NCBI GenBank assembly: GCA_965644295.1
Contig: CBFFRP010000108.1
Location: forward strand, 124,001-188,000
DNA length: 64,000 bases
Direction of reading: 5' to 3'
From: Paraphysomonas bandaiensis
Lineage: Eukaryota; Protista; Chrysophyceae
This document shows, one piece after another, positions 50,722 through 63,191 of this stretch (its first letter is position 1; every line of letters begins with the position of its first letter). The position numbers were made by a program, and so were the translations under genes. The notes under the pieces were generated by a model. That model was not told the DNA's origin. It searched no databases and was given only the letters and a program-made list of their open reading frames with translations.

Positions 50722-51442
50722 TGTTTTCACGTCAACTCGCTGATGAATTTAGTATATATAAATAGAACATAACACGATAGCGAAGATATATCAGTCACAT
50801 GCACGTATCTTCCTTCGACTCACTGTGTTGAACACCTGTGTGTATGTGACACAATGCAGTGTGGTAGATTCAGCGCAGTGTATGTGAGATGAGATGCTCG
50901 GAAATGAGAGTATGAGCGTCGGAGTGCTTGATTGACTATAAACCCCCGCTGTGATTGACTTCCTTTGTAACTACATCCACTCGTTACAGCTATGAGTTGA
51001 TTCCACCTGTTGCACACTATGAACAATTAACTCACCGCACATCTTAACACTCCCATTCAATTGGATGTAGTAAACATTGCTATCAGAAACGCAATCACCG
51101 AACCTCATGGTACACAGGTGAACACATGACTCCACATGTAGAGCTAAGAACTCCCACCTCACATTCCAAATAAGTTACGACGATCTCTCTTAAATTTGGG
51201 TACCTCTGCAATAATCTGATCTGTTGTCTTAAACTTCCCCCGAAGAATACGCTTCTTCTGTTCTATAAATACTGAACCACACAACGCCTTCGTATATATC
51301 ACCCATCCGTTATCGACTACTCACATGAATCGATTTCGTTTTATTAAACTGTTTGGGATCCACATGCTCTCTAATCATGTTATGCTCAATATGTTTCTAT
51401 CGTTGATGTTGCCTTCCAATATTGAATGCTTTTTCCGTATTA

Positions 51443-51548
51443 CTTTCGTTGAAAATCGTGGCAACACCTCCACTTCGTATGATATATCCTGCCTTGTATA
51501 CATAGATAAAAATAGTAGCGCTCCTATCAGTGAACGATAGGGAAAATT
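51443..51548 (-). mobile_element. Decayed Ty1/copia retrotransposon pol fragment
   Basis: The minus strand translates as NFPYRSLIGALLFLSMYTRQDISYEVEVLPRFSTK, matching the copia consensus PYRSLIGSLLYL..TRPDI.YAV..LSRF. Flanking frames are interrupted. Confidence 0.65.
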
Positions 51549-53451
51549 GTCAAAAGAATGTGTTCCTCAGCCGAATGCACATGTTCCATTCCCCTTTAAT
51601 TCTATTCATGACAAAAGTATAGGTTAGTGGGTACTGCCAAGTTGAGCCACAAACTCCACATACTTTGCTAATATATTTTTGATGTATACTGCTTAGACTA
51701 TTTGTAGTTTGTGTTTTGTGTAATTCTCACGCTCATAAACTGGACAAAATCTAATTCACATCTATATTACCGAACCTTTTACACACTCTTCGCTAAATTT
51801 CCAAAATAATTTTGGTTTTAACCACACTAAAAATCCACACTCATCATTACAACACAAAGAAAAACACTGCTGTTATGTACGAAAAAAACGTAACATCGGA
51901 CTCAACTCAAATGAAGTATGTGAATTCATATGACAGCAGCGGACAACACTCCCAGTGACCCAATCACAGGGCAAAATGATGTGCAGGTAACTTCATTATA
52001 TTCGACTTACTTTTAGATGTCTTTAAAGCAGAGCAGATCCAATACAAAAGAGCGCACAGAGAAGGCTGCCACGACAAGCCAAAATTAGAGCTAAGTCGAA
52101 CAACCTTCAAAAGCAGTGGAAGCGGATTAATTTGAGACAGAAATCGTTTCATTTGCCAGATTCAGACCTTCTCAGTTAATATCCAACGTTTACGCTGCGA
52201 AGGTCAACGCTTCTGAGCATATTTCTAAAGTTTGTTACATCTGCACTCTTGTCACGACAATAGATCCTGAGCACCTCCGTCACAACAGAGGGGACTCTGT
52301 GCTACTGTTATCTGTGAGTAAGATATACAAGATGCTTGCAATTTGTATTTGTATTTAAGAAAAACAGTTCGTGTTTACTGGTGTCCTGAAGAAGATCCGC
52401 ACACTTCGTTCGAAACTTGAGTATTACCGAAAAGAGTTCAGGAGAAATTATCCTACGATTTTGTCGTTCAGCATTCGATTTGCCGAAATATTCACTTCCA
52501 ACTTTACGTTTGACAAAGGCTACTATGAAGATATATCTTTGAACTTCAGAAGTATCCTTAGAGGGATTGGTCGTGCTCTTGCTGGAGAATGAGAAGCAAG
52601 GAAGGGTTGCGGCTGTATGAGCTGTGTGCACCTCTGAAACACAAGTTGACTTGCATGTTGGATGTGTGGCTGCACGATGCTATCAAACCACTGGGGGAGC
52701 ACTTTAGTTATTGTCAAACACTAGCAAACGATTTGTATGTACATGCAAGCACACTCTCTGATTGTACTATCTATTCAGTAGAGTAACACAATAAATTTAA
52801 TTGATTTGGACGTAAATATATTACTTCTTATAAGTGTGGTTACTGACTGTGGTTAAGACCATATATATGTGTTCATCTCGACATGCTATCAGCATATCAT
52901 CTACAGACATCACTAACAGCACTAATTACCCCTGACCGATTTATAGTATAAATGTTTCACGAATTTCAAAATATCGTCTCCAGTTCTTGGACGTAAATTA
53001 CCATCCGCTACCATGTTAGAATTGGACGTTACACTGATGTTAACCTTGCTTTACACGTAAGAAATCATAAACTTGCTTTGTTGCACACAACGCACTTTCA
53101 AGAAAGAATTATAATTATTATTCTCAATACTTCACAACAATTTCATGTAACATCTAGTGGACATCTGTGTATCATACGTTACTCTATATCTTATATACTA
53201 TATACTAATACAACAGAAACTGAATTTACTTCCATTATAATTCCCTAGACCTGACAACTATTTGCTCTAAAATGTATTTGCAATAAGAAAGTAAAAGTAA
53301 AATCAAGTAATTAGTATAATTTCTTATACATATCACAAGGTACAATCACAATTCTTATGTACATAAAAATAAGGAAAAATAAATTCACACGGCACTACAA
53401 TTCTATATGCCTCTGTAACAGTAGCCCAGAAACGCTAATTCAAAGAAACTT

Positions 53452-54771
53452 TCACAGATCTCTCCCTTCCTTGGTCTCCTGATCTTCTTCCAGTACTCCC
53501 TTTTTTACCCACTCAGGAGGTTCAGGAGGGTGGGGGTGATCTAGAGCCTTGTAGACAAAATACGGGTGTACCTTAATGAGATATGGATTCACTTTCTTCT
53601 TCTTGGGAGCCTTTACACCTGGCCCAAGTCCAACAGCAGTAGGGTTTGTAGACACTGAGATACTTCCATCTGCGTCCCCATCCCACTGTCCTGACACAGA
53701 CCCTGGATCCACTGGTGCTTCCTTCTTCCGACAACAAGGTAGCCAGCAACACCACATATACCAGCAACACTTACCACAACATTTACAGCATTTACCACAA
53801 CAGGAGCAACACCGGGCAATGCACCGATAAATCCCTTCACAAAAACTCACACAGCGCCGTGACCCTGGAAATCGTTCTGGTAGGTCGCCCTGCAGAAATT
53901 CGCCCTTCTCCTCCATCGCCTTTAGTAGTAATGGGTCTGGAGGGTCCGCACCATAAAATCGACACAAATAGCACATATCTTTGAAGAAGACAAGTTTCTT
54001 GGCACAAACGATACATCGTTGTCGTCTGCAGTAATACAACACGACATATATTCCCAAAACACTTATCAGCCAAAGTAAAACTATCTGGGCAGGATTCCAT
54101 TGGTGTTTGCCAACTGAGTGATATATGATGTATTTTTCCCTGAAATAATCTCCGGTAGCAAGTGGTACAGTGCTTTCTGTAGCTATTACTGAGCAGGATC
54201 TAACACTACGCCACGAGAAGAAATTCTTACTCATCATAACCACCTCAAGTGTAACCTCCACGCCAACTAAATATGTGTCGTCATTTTCAACATCGCAAAA
54301 AATAAGAGTTCCATCAGATTCGTTGTAAGTACAGGCTGAGCGTTTAATTGGACAAGTTATAATCTCAGTATCTGTCTCAAATTCATTGCGAGCCATCCGC
54401 AATTCATATCCATAAAAATTCGTTTCAGGGCCAGTATCGGCATCCACTTCGCATTTCAAATCCCAAATGTCAAATTCCCTGTCTTCACCGCAGCATTGCA
54501 AACAGTAATTTATACCCCAAACATCATCAAAATTTCTGTAATAAGGGAGATCATTCAAGAACACAGTGTCGTCATCCGCTTGATTGGCTTTACACCGTGT
54601 GAAGGAGAAGCCCTGATAACATGTGCCGTAAGATAATAATACAGCACTCTCATCCAACTCCTCTTCAGAGTTATCGATAGCACCCCATATGGTGAGCTCT
54701 GCAGTTATGTTCCATATGATGAGAGCCGTTACGAGTAACCGTAATACAATCTGATCCATGCTGACACTCAT
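53452..54771 (-). CDS. Uncharacterised type-I membrane protein with an acidic Cys-rich ectodomain, a cytosolic CxxC...CxxC motif and a cysteine string
   Basis: 439-aa ORF with a signal-peptide-like N-terminus, TM helix IVLLWLISVLGIYVVLYYC, CIVC..CYLC and CCSCCGKCCKCCGKCCWYMWCCWLPCC. Confidence 0.8.
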   Translation of the reverse strand: MSVSMDQIVLRLLVTALIIWNITAELTIWGAIDNSEEELDESAVLLSYGTCYQGFSFTRCKANQADDDTVFLNDLPYYRNFDDVWGINYCLQCCGEDREFDIWDLKCEVDADTGPETNFYGYELRMARNEFETDTEIITCPIKRSACTYNESDGTLIFCDVENDDTYLVGVEVTLEVVMMSKNFFSWRSVRSCSVIATESTVPLATGDYFREKYIIYHSVGKHQWNPAQIVLLWLISVLGIYVVLYYCRRQRCIVCAKKLVFFKDMCYLCRFYGADPPDPLLLKAMEEKGEFLQGDLPERFPGSRRCVSFCEGIYRCIARCCSCCGKCCKCCGKCCWYMWCCWLPCCRKKEAPVDPGSVSGQWDGDADGSISVSTNPTAVGLGPGVKAPKKKKVNPYLIKVHPYFVYKALDHPHPPEPPEWVKKGVLEEDQETKEGRDL

Positions 54772-55333
54772 ACAGACATGTTAGTGAGTAATAGACAGGT
54801 GTATGTTATGATCGTGACATGCTCAGTAAGCACAGGAGTGGAGTAGTTGTTCCTTGTATATCTGCTTATGTATGTCAGTGTCTGTTAATGTATGTGTGTG
54901 TATGTATACAGACGACAAAATAGAAAATGCCTGTATGTATTCTGCTGGTGTATGTGTATGTATATGTATGTATATGTATGTGTATGTATGTGTAGGAAAT
55001 TCCTATGTATGTGCATGTGCTGTATGCATACGTGCCACACACACATCAGATCGTTTCACTGTATACATGACTGTATATATACACTCCCTACGAAAGTACC
55101 AGCAGCAGCTACACTCTCTCAATGTGATTTTTTTTGTTTGCTTGGTTTGCTTATGATGGTACTTACATTACCTATGAGGAGTGTCGTATGCGGTATGAGG
55201 TAGGTTGCTATCTACATGTATGTATGTATGCCTGCCTCTGTATATACGCCTCTTTATATATGTAATTTACAATAAATCACTCCTTGCAAAGGCGTATACT
55301 GCACGACCATAATATAAACCCACTTATACCGAT

Positions 55334-56256
55334 ATGTTTCGCAATCAATATGATACAGATGTTACGGTGTGGTCCCCTCAAGGGAGACTGCATCAGGTGG
55401 AGTATGCCATGGAGGCTGTCAATCAGGTGGATATATATATATAAGTATCATATATTTTAACTAGGAATATTCAGGGAACTGTTTGTCTTGGATTAAGAAG
55501 CTCTACACATGTTGTTATAGCTGCTTTGAAGCGGTCTCCCAACGAACTTGCGTCATATCAGAAGAAAATACAAAAGATAGACAACCATATGGGTATTGGT
55601 ATGTCAGGACTGACAGCTGACGGCAGAAGCCTTGTCAAGTAATTTCATCACGAAATAATTAATGTCATATGATTTATTATTTTTTTGTATAGATATATGC
55701 GCACCGAGGCATTGAATCACAAGTATGTGTACGGTACTCCCATGCAGGCGGGTCGCATCGTTGTGGACCTCGCTGATATGCACCAGAGGTGTACGCAGAC
55801 TTATGTTAGACGACCTTATGGTGTTGGCCTTCTGGTTGCTGCATACGACCAAACCGGTCCTCATCTGTATGTTACTGAGCCATCGGGCAACTACTTCGAA
55901 TACTACGCCATGGCCATTGGGTCTCGCTCCCAGACATCCAGGACCTACTTGGAGAAAGAGTTCGAGGGATTCCCCGAATGTTCTGTTGACGACCTCATCA
56001 AGCATGGTCTGAAAGCTCTGGCAGCTTCACTTTCAGGAGATGTTGAGTTGGACTCGCAGAGCGCCTCAATTGCAGTCGTCGGGAAGGACTATGCCTTCAG
56101 GGTGAGTAATCATTCTCAATTTAACTCTGTATATTAACGCGACGTGAACAGGTGATAGAGGGAAGCGACCTTCAGGTGTATCTAGACCAGATCGAAGTAG
56201 ACGCGGATGCAGATGCCGGAGATGCCGACATGGTGCTCGAGACACCTGAGGCGTAG
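55334..56256 (+). CDS. PSMA1: 20S proteasome subunit alpha type-1 (alpha6). Exons 55334-55426, 55475-55638, 55693-56101 and 56152-56256.
   Basis: [64 protein letters not shown]. Confidence 0.95.
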
Positions 56257-56754
56257 GCACAGAGAGGTGAAGCTGCAGGGTAATTGACGAAACTGCCATG
56301 CTAGGTTTATCATTTTCTCCTTTACGTTAGTCATGCACAAAAGTATTCATTAATAAACGGTTGTCGTAAGTTTACAGCTCGCCAGTATTAGATTATAATT
56401 TCCGACTCACTGCACAGTTATCCTGCCTTCTTCCCTACTACTGTGTCTACGCGATATCGCGATAGTCTGATAGTCCAAAATTTAAATTTCTACCACACGC
56501 ACGTTGGTAATACTAAACACAACTGGCTCCTTGTCGGTTAAAACAAACATCGTATTTCTATTAGCTTCTTAGTATTTTGTAGACTGCATTAGTTGGGGGA
56601 GTAGCAGATATATCACAATAACCTTTGGCTGGTAGAGTGTTCAAAGTTTATTAGGAATATAATATATTGTAGTAGTGAATGTCTTATTATTAGAATATAA
56701 CATATTGTAATATATTGTGAGCTATTTTAACCATCACAATATAGGTGTTTGACT

Positions 56755-56985
56755 CTAGCCGGTCGCCCAGTCAATATTTCAACAATAACCCTGATATAAG
56801 GAAGTCATCAACATCAATACAACACAGTGGCAAACACCATATATTGTAAGTGTCGGCAGTAATATGATACTGCGTATATTCCCAATTCCCAATACACTTA
56901 TCAATCAAAGTAAAACTAATTCTTGCTGATTGAGTGATGTATGATGTATTTTTCACTGAGATAATCGCCTGTGTCTAGTGGTAAA
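56755..56985 (-). pseudogene. Decayed partial duplicate of the TM-region of the 53452-54771 gene
   Basis: ACACTTATCAATCAAAGTAAAACTA and TGAGTGATGTATGATGTATTTTTCACTGAGATAATC align with 54059-54083 and 54115-54150 in the same orientation, with indels. Confidence 0.65.
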
Positions 56986-57715
56986 TATCTCCCAATAAAG
57001 GAAATTTTAGATAGTTGTACATATAGATATTGAGCTTGTAGCTCGCAGTAAACAATGAACTACGTGAACAACGGCGATTACTTTACTGCACATGCCGGAC
57101 ACACCAGCATTATAGCAAGCCTATCATGACGATATGAATTCTCCTCGTCGCAAACATTCATATTGGCTAGTATTTTGCTTCAGCCGACAAAGAAAATGGA
57201 AGTTTGTGTCGAAGCTTAGTACACATGTATCTCTAAGCATACCACATGAGCCCACTGACGCATGTGCTATATCTCCAATCAAACCAACTATAGATTATCT
57301 GTCTAACCCCCTTGATACTACCACGTCATGTTCACTGCAACATAACAATAAACAGGTAGGTAGCTCTAACTGTACACAGATATATGGGCATCTCTAATCT
57401 CAACTGGCATTGCAGAGGGTTGGATTGTATCTGTTTCAGCGCGCACTGCACTGTACCGCACTAGAGTATAGGCGGTACAGTACATCATGACAGTGAAAGC
57501 ATGCATACGTATACCGGTATACATACACCACCCCGTACACATACATACCACTGGTATACATACACATACTGGTGTAGTACACTGTAATACATACATACAT
57601 ATATATCATATGGACACAGCTCACCTCATTGCAACACACCATACCATTTCCAGTCCACGGATTGAATACTCCTCCATTAACAATTGCCACGAGAACTAAC
57701 TATCATTATTCAGTT

Positions 57716-59707
57716 ATGCGACATAAGAATAAGAGCTCCAATCATAAGGCTCATAAGCGTGAGAGTGTATGTAAAGGTGCACCCAATGACACTGGACGGT
57801 TACATAGTAACAGTTGCAAACTAACAAAACAACAGAAACGTGATTTAAAAAGAAACGAGAAGTTATCATCTAGAGTCCAGACAACGAATGATTCGAACCC
57901 TATCAATGCATCGAGAAGCGTATATAAACGGAGCACAGTGTACCCCTCTGAATACACAAGCAGCACATGTCCGCAGGGAAGATTTCTTGTACCTGCCGAC
58001 AACGATTTCGTAAGAGTTAAAGAACTTTGTTATCCTGGATTTGCTTGTGAGAGCAGAGAGTCATTCTCATCGGATTTTCACATCTCTTTTAAAGAGGCAT
58101 TGGAGGGACTGGACAAGGATGGGTTTTACCAATATGACATCACTCAACCGGCAGGGCTGAATACTAAGACAGCAAAGACTTATGTTACCCGATGCTTGGT
58201 TGGCGAGGCAGGAATTACCTACAAGTACCTTGGGCTACGCATGTTTTCTATCCCGTGGGAGGACGGGGCCCAGGGGAGCACTAAGAGCAGTGTGGATATA
58301 GGTCGCCTTAACCGAGAGCTGGTTAGTCGCACTACGGATCTTCTGCGAAGCACAGGGAAAGCAGAGACAGGGCGTTGCGACTACAACCTCACATTAATCA
58401 ACCGGTTCTGTGTTTTTGATTATATTTTCAGCGTTTGTAATATGTGTGCAGGTGTTTTCCGGCCTCAGAGAGGAAACTCAAGAGTGAACCGTGCTTCAAA
58501 CGCGACAAATGTACAGTCTCTTGGCACGCGGATAGCTCACTGGAGCACTTTTCATCCATAGCGGTGTATCATCATTGCCAGCCAGACGATGCTGGGGGTG
58601 ACCCATGGAGAGTTGCATTGCGTGTATGGCCGGATGCTGAAGGACCAACAGCAGGTTAAATGATGTGCACCTCGATGTATGAGTTGTTCTCAGCCTATTT
58701 GCAGGACGATCGCGGCTTAGTCAACAAGAGCAGGATCGTCTCCGGGCCCAACCAGCTATAGCAGTGCCCTTAGACGACGGGGAGGCTTATTTCTTACTGG
58801 ATGACTTTAATCATCATCACCAGCATTCCGTATTAGCAGGGGAGACCCACCGTTTTGCTAGTACCCACAGAGTGGGTAGGACTGAAGGGCACTCGTATCA
58901 ATGGATTAGTGGGCGCTGTGAAGCTCTATTACTACATACCCCAGTAAAAAAGCAAGTATCTGCTAAGCAAGTGCGCTTGGAACAGTGGCTCCTTGGGGAA
59001 CTTGAGTTTGAATGGATAAGGCAGTTCTACATTCAGGTGTTCATGTAGTGCTGTATATATATCACGATATGATGTGCCGGGGAGTAGTACACGAGGTAGT
59101 AAGAGTTGTATGTGTATTAGGGATCGCAATATCGTGAATTACATGCGTGGTGGTTACGTCCAATGGATGAGCTGATAAAGTGGTGGACTGAGTTGAACAA
59201 GAGAACAGTTACTGCACTCCACGCCCTTGCAGAAGCAGCGGGTATGAATAATTTAACACTGTTGTTTCTGCTAACAATCAATGGAAACAGGAGTAATAGA
59301 AAATGAGTGCTCTGCAGCCTCAAGGAAACAGTTGGAGAAGCAAAAACGGCGACTTGAAGGTGTTGATGAAGGGTCGTATGATGCCATGGCTGCCGCACTA
59401 AGAGATGTGAGTACATTAGCTTTTCTTCTTATAGGCTAAATAGTCTGTAATTGTGATATAGCGACATGAAAAAAGAGAAGGATGGCTTTCTCGTGTTAAC
59501 GACCCCATTTTTTTGACGCTGCCAGACAACTGTAGACCTGTGGAGCCTCCATTTGAACAACAACTATCCAGCACATTTTCTGAGTCTAAGATTTTTTCAT
59601 TCTGTGATATCAATGTGAAACAAATCTGCGGGTCAACCCACAGCGATGCTTTACTAATCTTGGAAAAGCTTGTGTTAGAATGGAAGCAAAAATTTGTTAA
59701 TAAATAG
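57716..59707 (+). CDS. FTO: FTO alpha-ketoglutarate-dependent dioxygenase (RNA m6A/m6Am demethylase family), multi-exon
   Basis: TRCLVGEAGITYKYLGLRMFSIPW, YNLTLIN, VSWHAD, SSIAVY, WRVAL, YFLLDDFNHHHQHSVLAG..RFASTHRV, EFEWIRQFYIQG and C-terminal domain motifs, joined by GT-AG introns. Confidence 0.92.
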
Positions 59708-60096
59708 ATATATAATATATAGCATATTATCATTGGTGACTAATACTTTCACAACACGCAATAGAAGATATACTTGCTGTAAGCCAGTACTGTTTTTTCC
59801 AACCATTTTAGTCTTTCTCAACCTGTGCTCTATATGAGCATATTATTTCTAAACTCTAGGTAATGTGGCGTAAAGAGTTGCTTCAATTAGTTACTCTGGA
59901 CCTGCTGTGGTCTATATTCTATATAAGTATTCTAGTTTCAACTCTAGGCGATATTGCATTCAGAGTTGTTTCAATAGTCAGCAGCGATATTGATAAATGC
60001 ACTATGTGTACACAAATAGAATTAACGAATAATCGTTTTTAATAGGTTAAATTGAAGGGCCAACAAAAAGCAACCATAATCCACTTCTCAACCAAT

Positions 60097-60823
60097 CTAA
60101 CGGTATCTGAGCATAGACTTGGTGTTGCGTCTCTTCCAGGCAGCAGAAGCAGAGCCACCAATGATGTTGTTGGCTCTGTGGCCACGCTTGCGAAGGCCTC
60201 TGCTCTTTCTTCCAGCGGAAGTCAACCCACGTCTCTCACGGTGCTTCATGACAGGCTTGCAGATCCAGTTGATGCGAGGATCATTGCGGATAACAATGTG
60301 GGAAGGATCCACAAGGATGACCTCGTAGTACTTGTAGGTGGCGTCCTGGTTGACCCAGTAAGAGTTGAGCACGCGGAGGTTTCCGCAAGCTCTGCCGGCA
60401 CGCTCCTCAGCAACGCTGCGGAGGTTACGACGGAACTTCAGTTCGTTGATACCCTGGTTCTTGGGCTTTCCGTGGACAATACCCTTGCTAAGCGGCCTCT
60501 TGCGGCCACCGCGACGCACAGCCACTCTGTAAATAACAAAGCCCTATAGCAAACACACATAAACGTAATTATAAATATATTTATTCCGATATAAATACTC
60601 ACCTGCTTGGCCTTGTATCCGAGCTTGTGAGCCTTGTCAGTGCGAGTAGGTCTGGCGACTCTCACAACCTTCTTGGCCTGTCTGTATTCCCAAGCGCTAT
60701 ATACATATATAATCAGATAGGGGACATTATTATATCAAACTCATACCGAACACGCAAAAGGAAACGCAGAACATCACTCTGCTTCTTCCTCCAAACTTCC
60801 TCGAGGTATTTGTAGGCACCCAT
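60097..60823 (-). CDS. RPL15: 60S ribosomal protein L15 (eL15), 3 exons
   Basis: [67 protein letters not shown], ending LRYR. Confidence 0.97.
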
Positions 60824-61595
60824 CTTGGCAATTTAACCTTTAAAATATATGCAAGTCTATATATAGAGAGTCTGGTACTGTATATTCATTCAATGGCACT
60901 CTCCACACTGCACCACAACTCCAACAAAATCTTCAATCGACATAAAATAAAAAACTGAAATATTTGTTATTTTTGAGTTTTTTTGGTTGGTATTCGGATA
61001 TGTATGTGGTGATGATGGTTTCACTCCAATCATACTTCGCACCATGCACACAGCAGTCCTCACTGCATGTTTTGAGAGAACCGATCCATACATGGATCAT
61101 GGGCGGAGGTTGGAGAAGGGTTTGCAAGTCGTTTCTCGTTTGTTGACTTCTATCGAGAGTAATGATGACATGCTGAGCCTAATCGTACATATCGAGTGAG
61201 GCAACAGGCCTGCATTACATTGGCAGGTTATCGCGACTGCTGAGGCTTTGTATTCGTTGAATCAATCTATACTCTATCCACAGGTATACTCGCAGATGAT
61301 TCTCACGAATATGAATGGGATTTTGTTGGTTATTGGCATTTCTGAAGTGATGTGAATATCGAATATTTCTTTCGAAACAGAGACTGAGTAGTCATGCCCA
61401 TAAACTTGAAACTATCATCAATGACGTCTGTTGAAATGCGAATTCTTTATTCGATGCTAATTTCGTAGGGGACATGGTCTGTAATAGATTTTTCGCTGTA
61501 TATTCTATGACTCGATGATAACTATATGCTATAGCATTGTTTCGATGATAATGCTATTAGTTTTGTCTATGAACCTAGATACAACCATGTCCCCG

Positions 61596-61975
61596 TCTAC
61601 GTGGACTTCAAATTTATTATTTAAATAAGTAGTATGCTTCTTAATGATGCATTTTGAATGGTCGGTTATCCTTCACACATAAATGCATCATTATGTCCGA
61701 TTAAGTATATCCGAGCATTATTAGCACTTGAATGTATTTCATTGCTAAATAGAAACATAAATTATCTACGTGGACTTCTAATTTATTATTTAAATAAGTA
61801 GTATGCTTCTTAATGATGCATTTTGCAAGGACGGTTATTCTTCACACATAAATACATCATTATGTCCGATTAAGTATTTTCCGAGCATTATCAGACTTGA
61901 ATGTATTTCATTACTAATTAGAAACATAAATTGCTTATATAAATTATACTAATTAGAAACATAAATTACTTATAT
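61596..61975. repeat. Two ~169-bp AT-rich tandem units plus a short repeated tail
   Basis: Units start TCTACGTGGACTTC at 61596 and 61765 and are similar throughout; TACTAATTAGAAACATAAATT recurs at the end. Confidence 0.88.
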
Positions 61976-62633
61976 GTGTGTCTTCACATTTAAGGAATAG
62001 TAGATTTATAGTGATAAAGTGATGTCGTGTCAATCAGTTTGCGAAACTGCAGCCAACTCCAATACACACACTGGAGTTTCTAGATATAGTAGTGAAATGA
62101 ATGCTACACTGTCCATCTGTAGAGGAAGGCCAAACTGAAAATGTTGCAGACCGCAGATAAATATGGGTTTTTCCAACAGCACAGCACCATAATATTGCAA
62201 TAGATACTATCTCTCAACTCTTAAGCAGCCATCGAAGCCAATCATTAATTTTGTAAAACTTAACAAACTAGTATTCTTGATCTTGTCTTACCCCATCGAC
62301 TATTACTAATAACATGAAGTAACTTTTTAAGTGAAAAGAATATCTATAATGTGTTGGGACTAAACAAATGTAATTAAAGAACTGCTTTGTCTATACATTC
62401 CACGAATCAAGTATGAATTTAGAATTTATACCACTTACGTATAACATATAACAAAGCGTAGAAAGGTGAATGTACAACAATAATTAACAAATATTGTTAT
62501 TATTACACAATGTACTCATTTGCCTGGGTTATACCACTGACAACATATGATACACACCACCAACCTACATTAAAATAATTCTAATGTGGTAATACCCAAT
62601 ACAAATACAGCATTTTTCGAAAATTATACTCCT

Positions 62634-63191
62634 TCATGAGCTCATCATCATATTAACATACTCCAAGTAATGAATTAATCCCGCGCTATCAGTCTCAAGT
62701 TGGCTTACGAGATCGGTGGCTTGATCAGGAGTTAATTTATCTGCGCCATACGTGCACAATGCTCTAATTAAAGCGTCAGACTTTACACATCCAGGGGGAG
62801 CAGTCCCTTCAAAAACCCTGAAGGCATTTTTGACTTGCTCAGCCGTGTACGTCGCATTCACCTTTCTGGACATGACCTCAACAAACTCCTCGAAATCTAT
62901 TTGCCCATCACCAGAGGAGTCAATCCTAGTTACAAGAATTATAATCTTCAAGGCTATGTAACGGAATTCCATCACTTACTCGTTAATCATTAACTCGATT
63001 TCTTCCGCGGTGGCATCGATGCCGAGAGTGTCCATTAACTCTCCCAATTCTTCTTTCGTAATCGTACCACCACCATCCTACACAATAATAATTATAACAT
63101 CACTGATATGTGTTGTATTATTTACTTTGTCCACAAGGTTGAAAATCTCTCGAAACTCCGCTATCTCTTCGTCGGATAAGTGCTGAGTCAT
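62634..63191 (-). CDS. Calmodulin-like EF-hand protein resembling flagellar outer-arm dynein light chain LC4; 3 exons
   Basis: MTQHLSDEEIAEFREIFNLVDK|DGGGTITKEEL...E|IDSSGDGQIDFEEF..MSRKV.A.YT.EQVK.AF.VFE...ALCTYG.DKLT. The C-terminal pattern matches the recalled Chlamydomonas 18-kDa LC4 rather than calmodulin. Confidence 0.82.

Noticed and set aside
60052-60549. Plus-strand 165-aa ORF
   Set aside because: It is an antisense shadow of the codon-biased RPL15 exon.
61160-61245. Possible box C/D snoRNA (ATGATGA...CTGA) upstream of RPL15
   Set aside because: No terminal stem and no rRNA-complementary guide that I can recognise; such boxes occur by chance.
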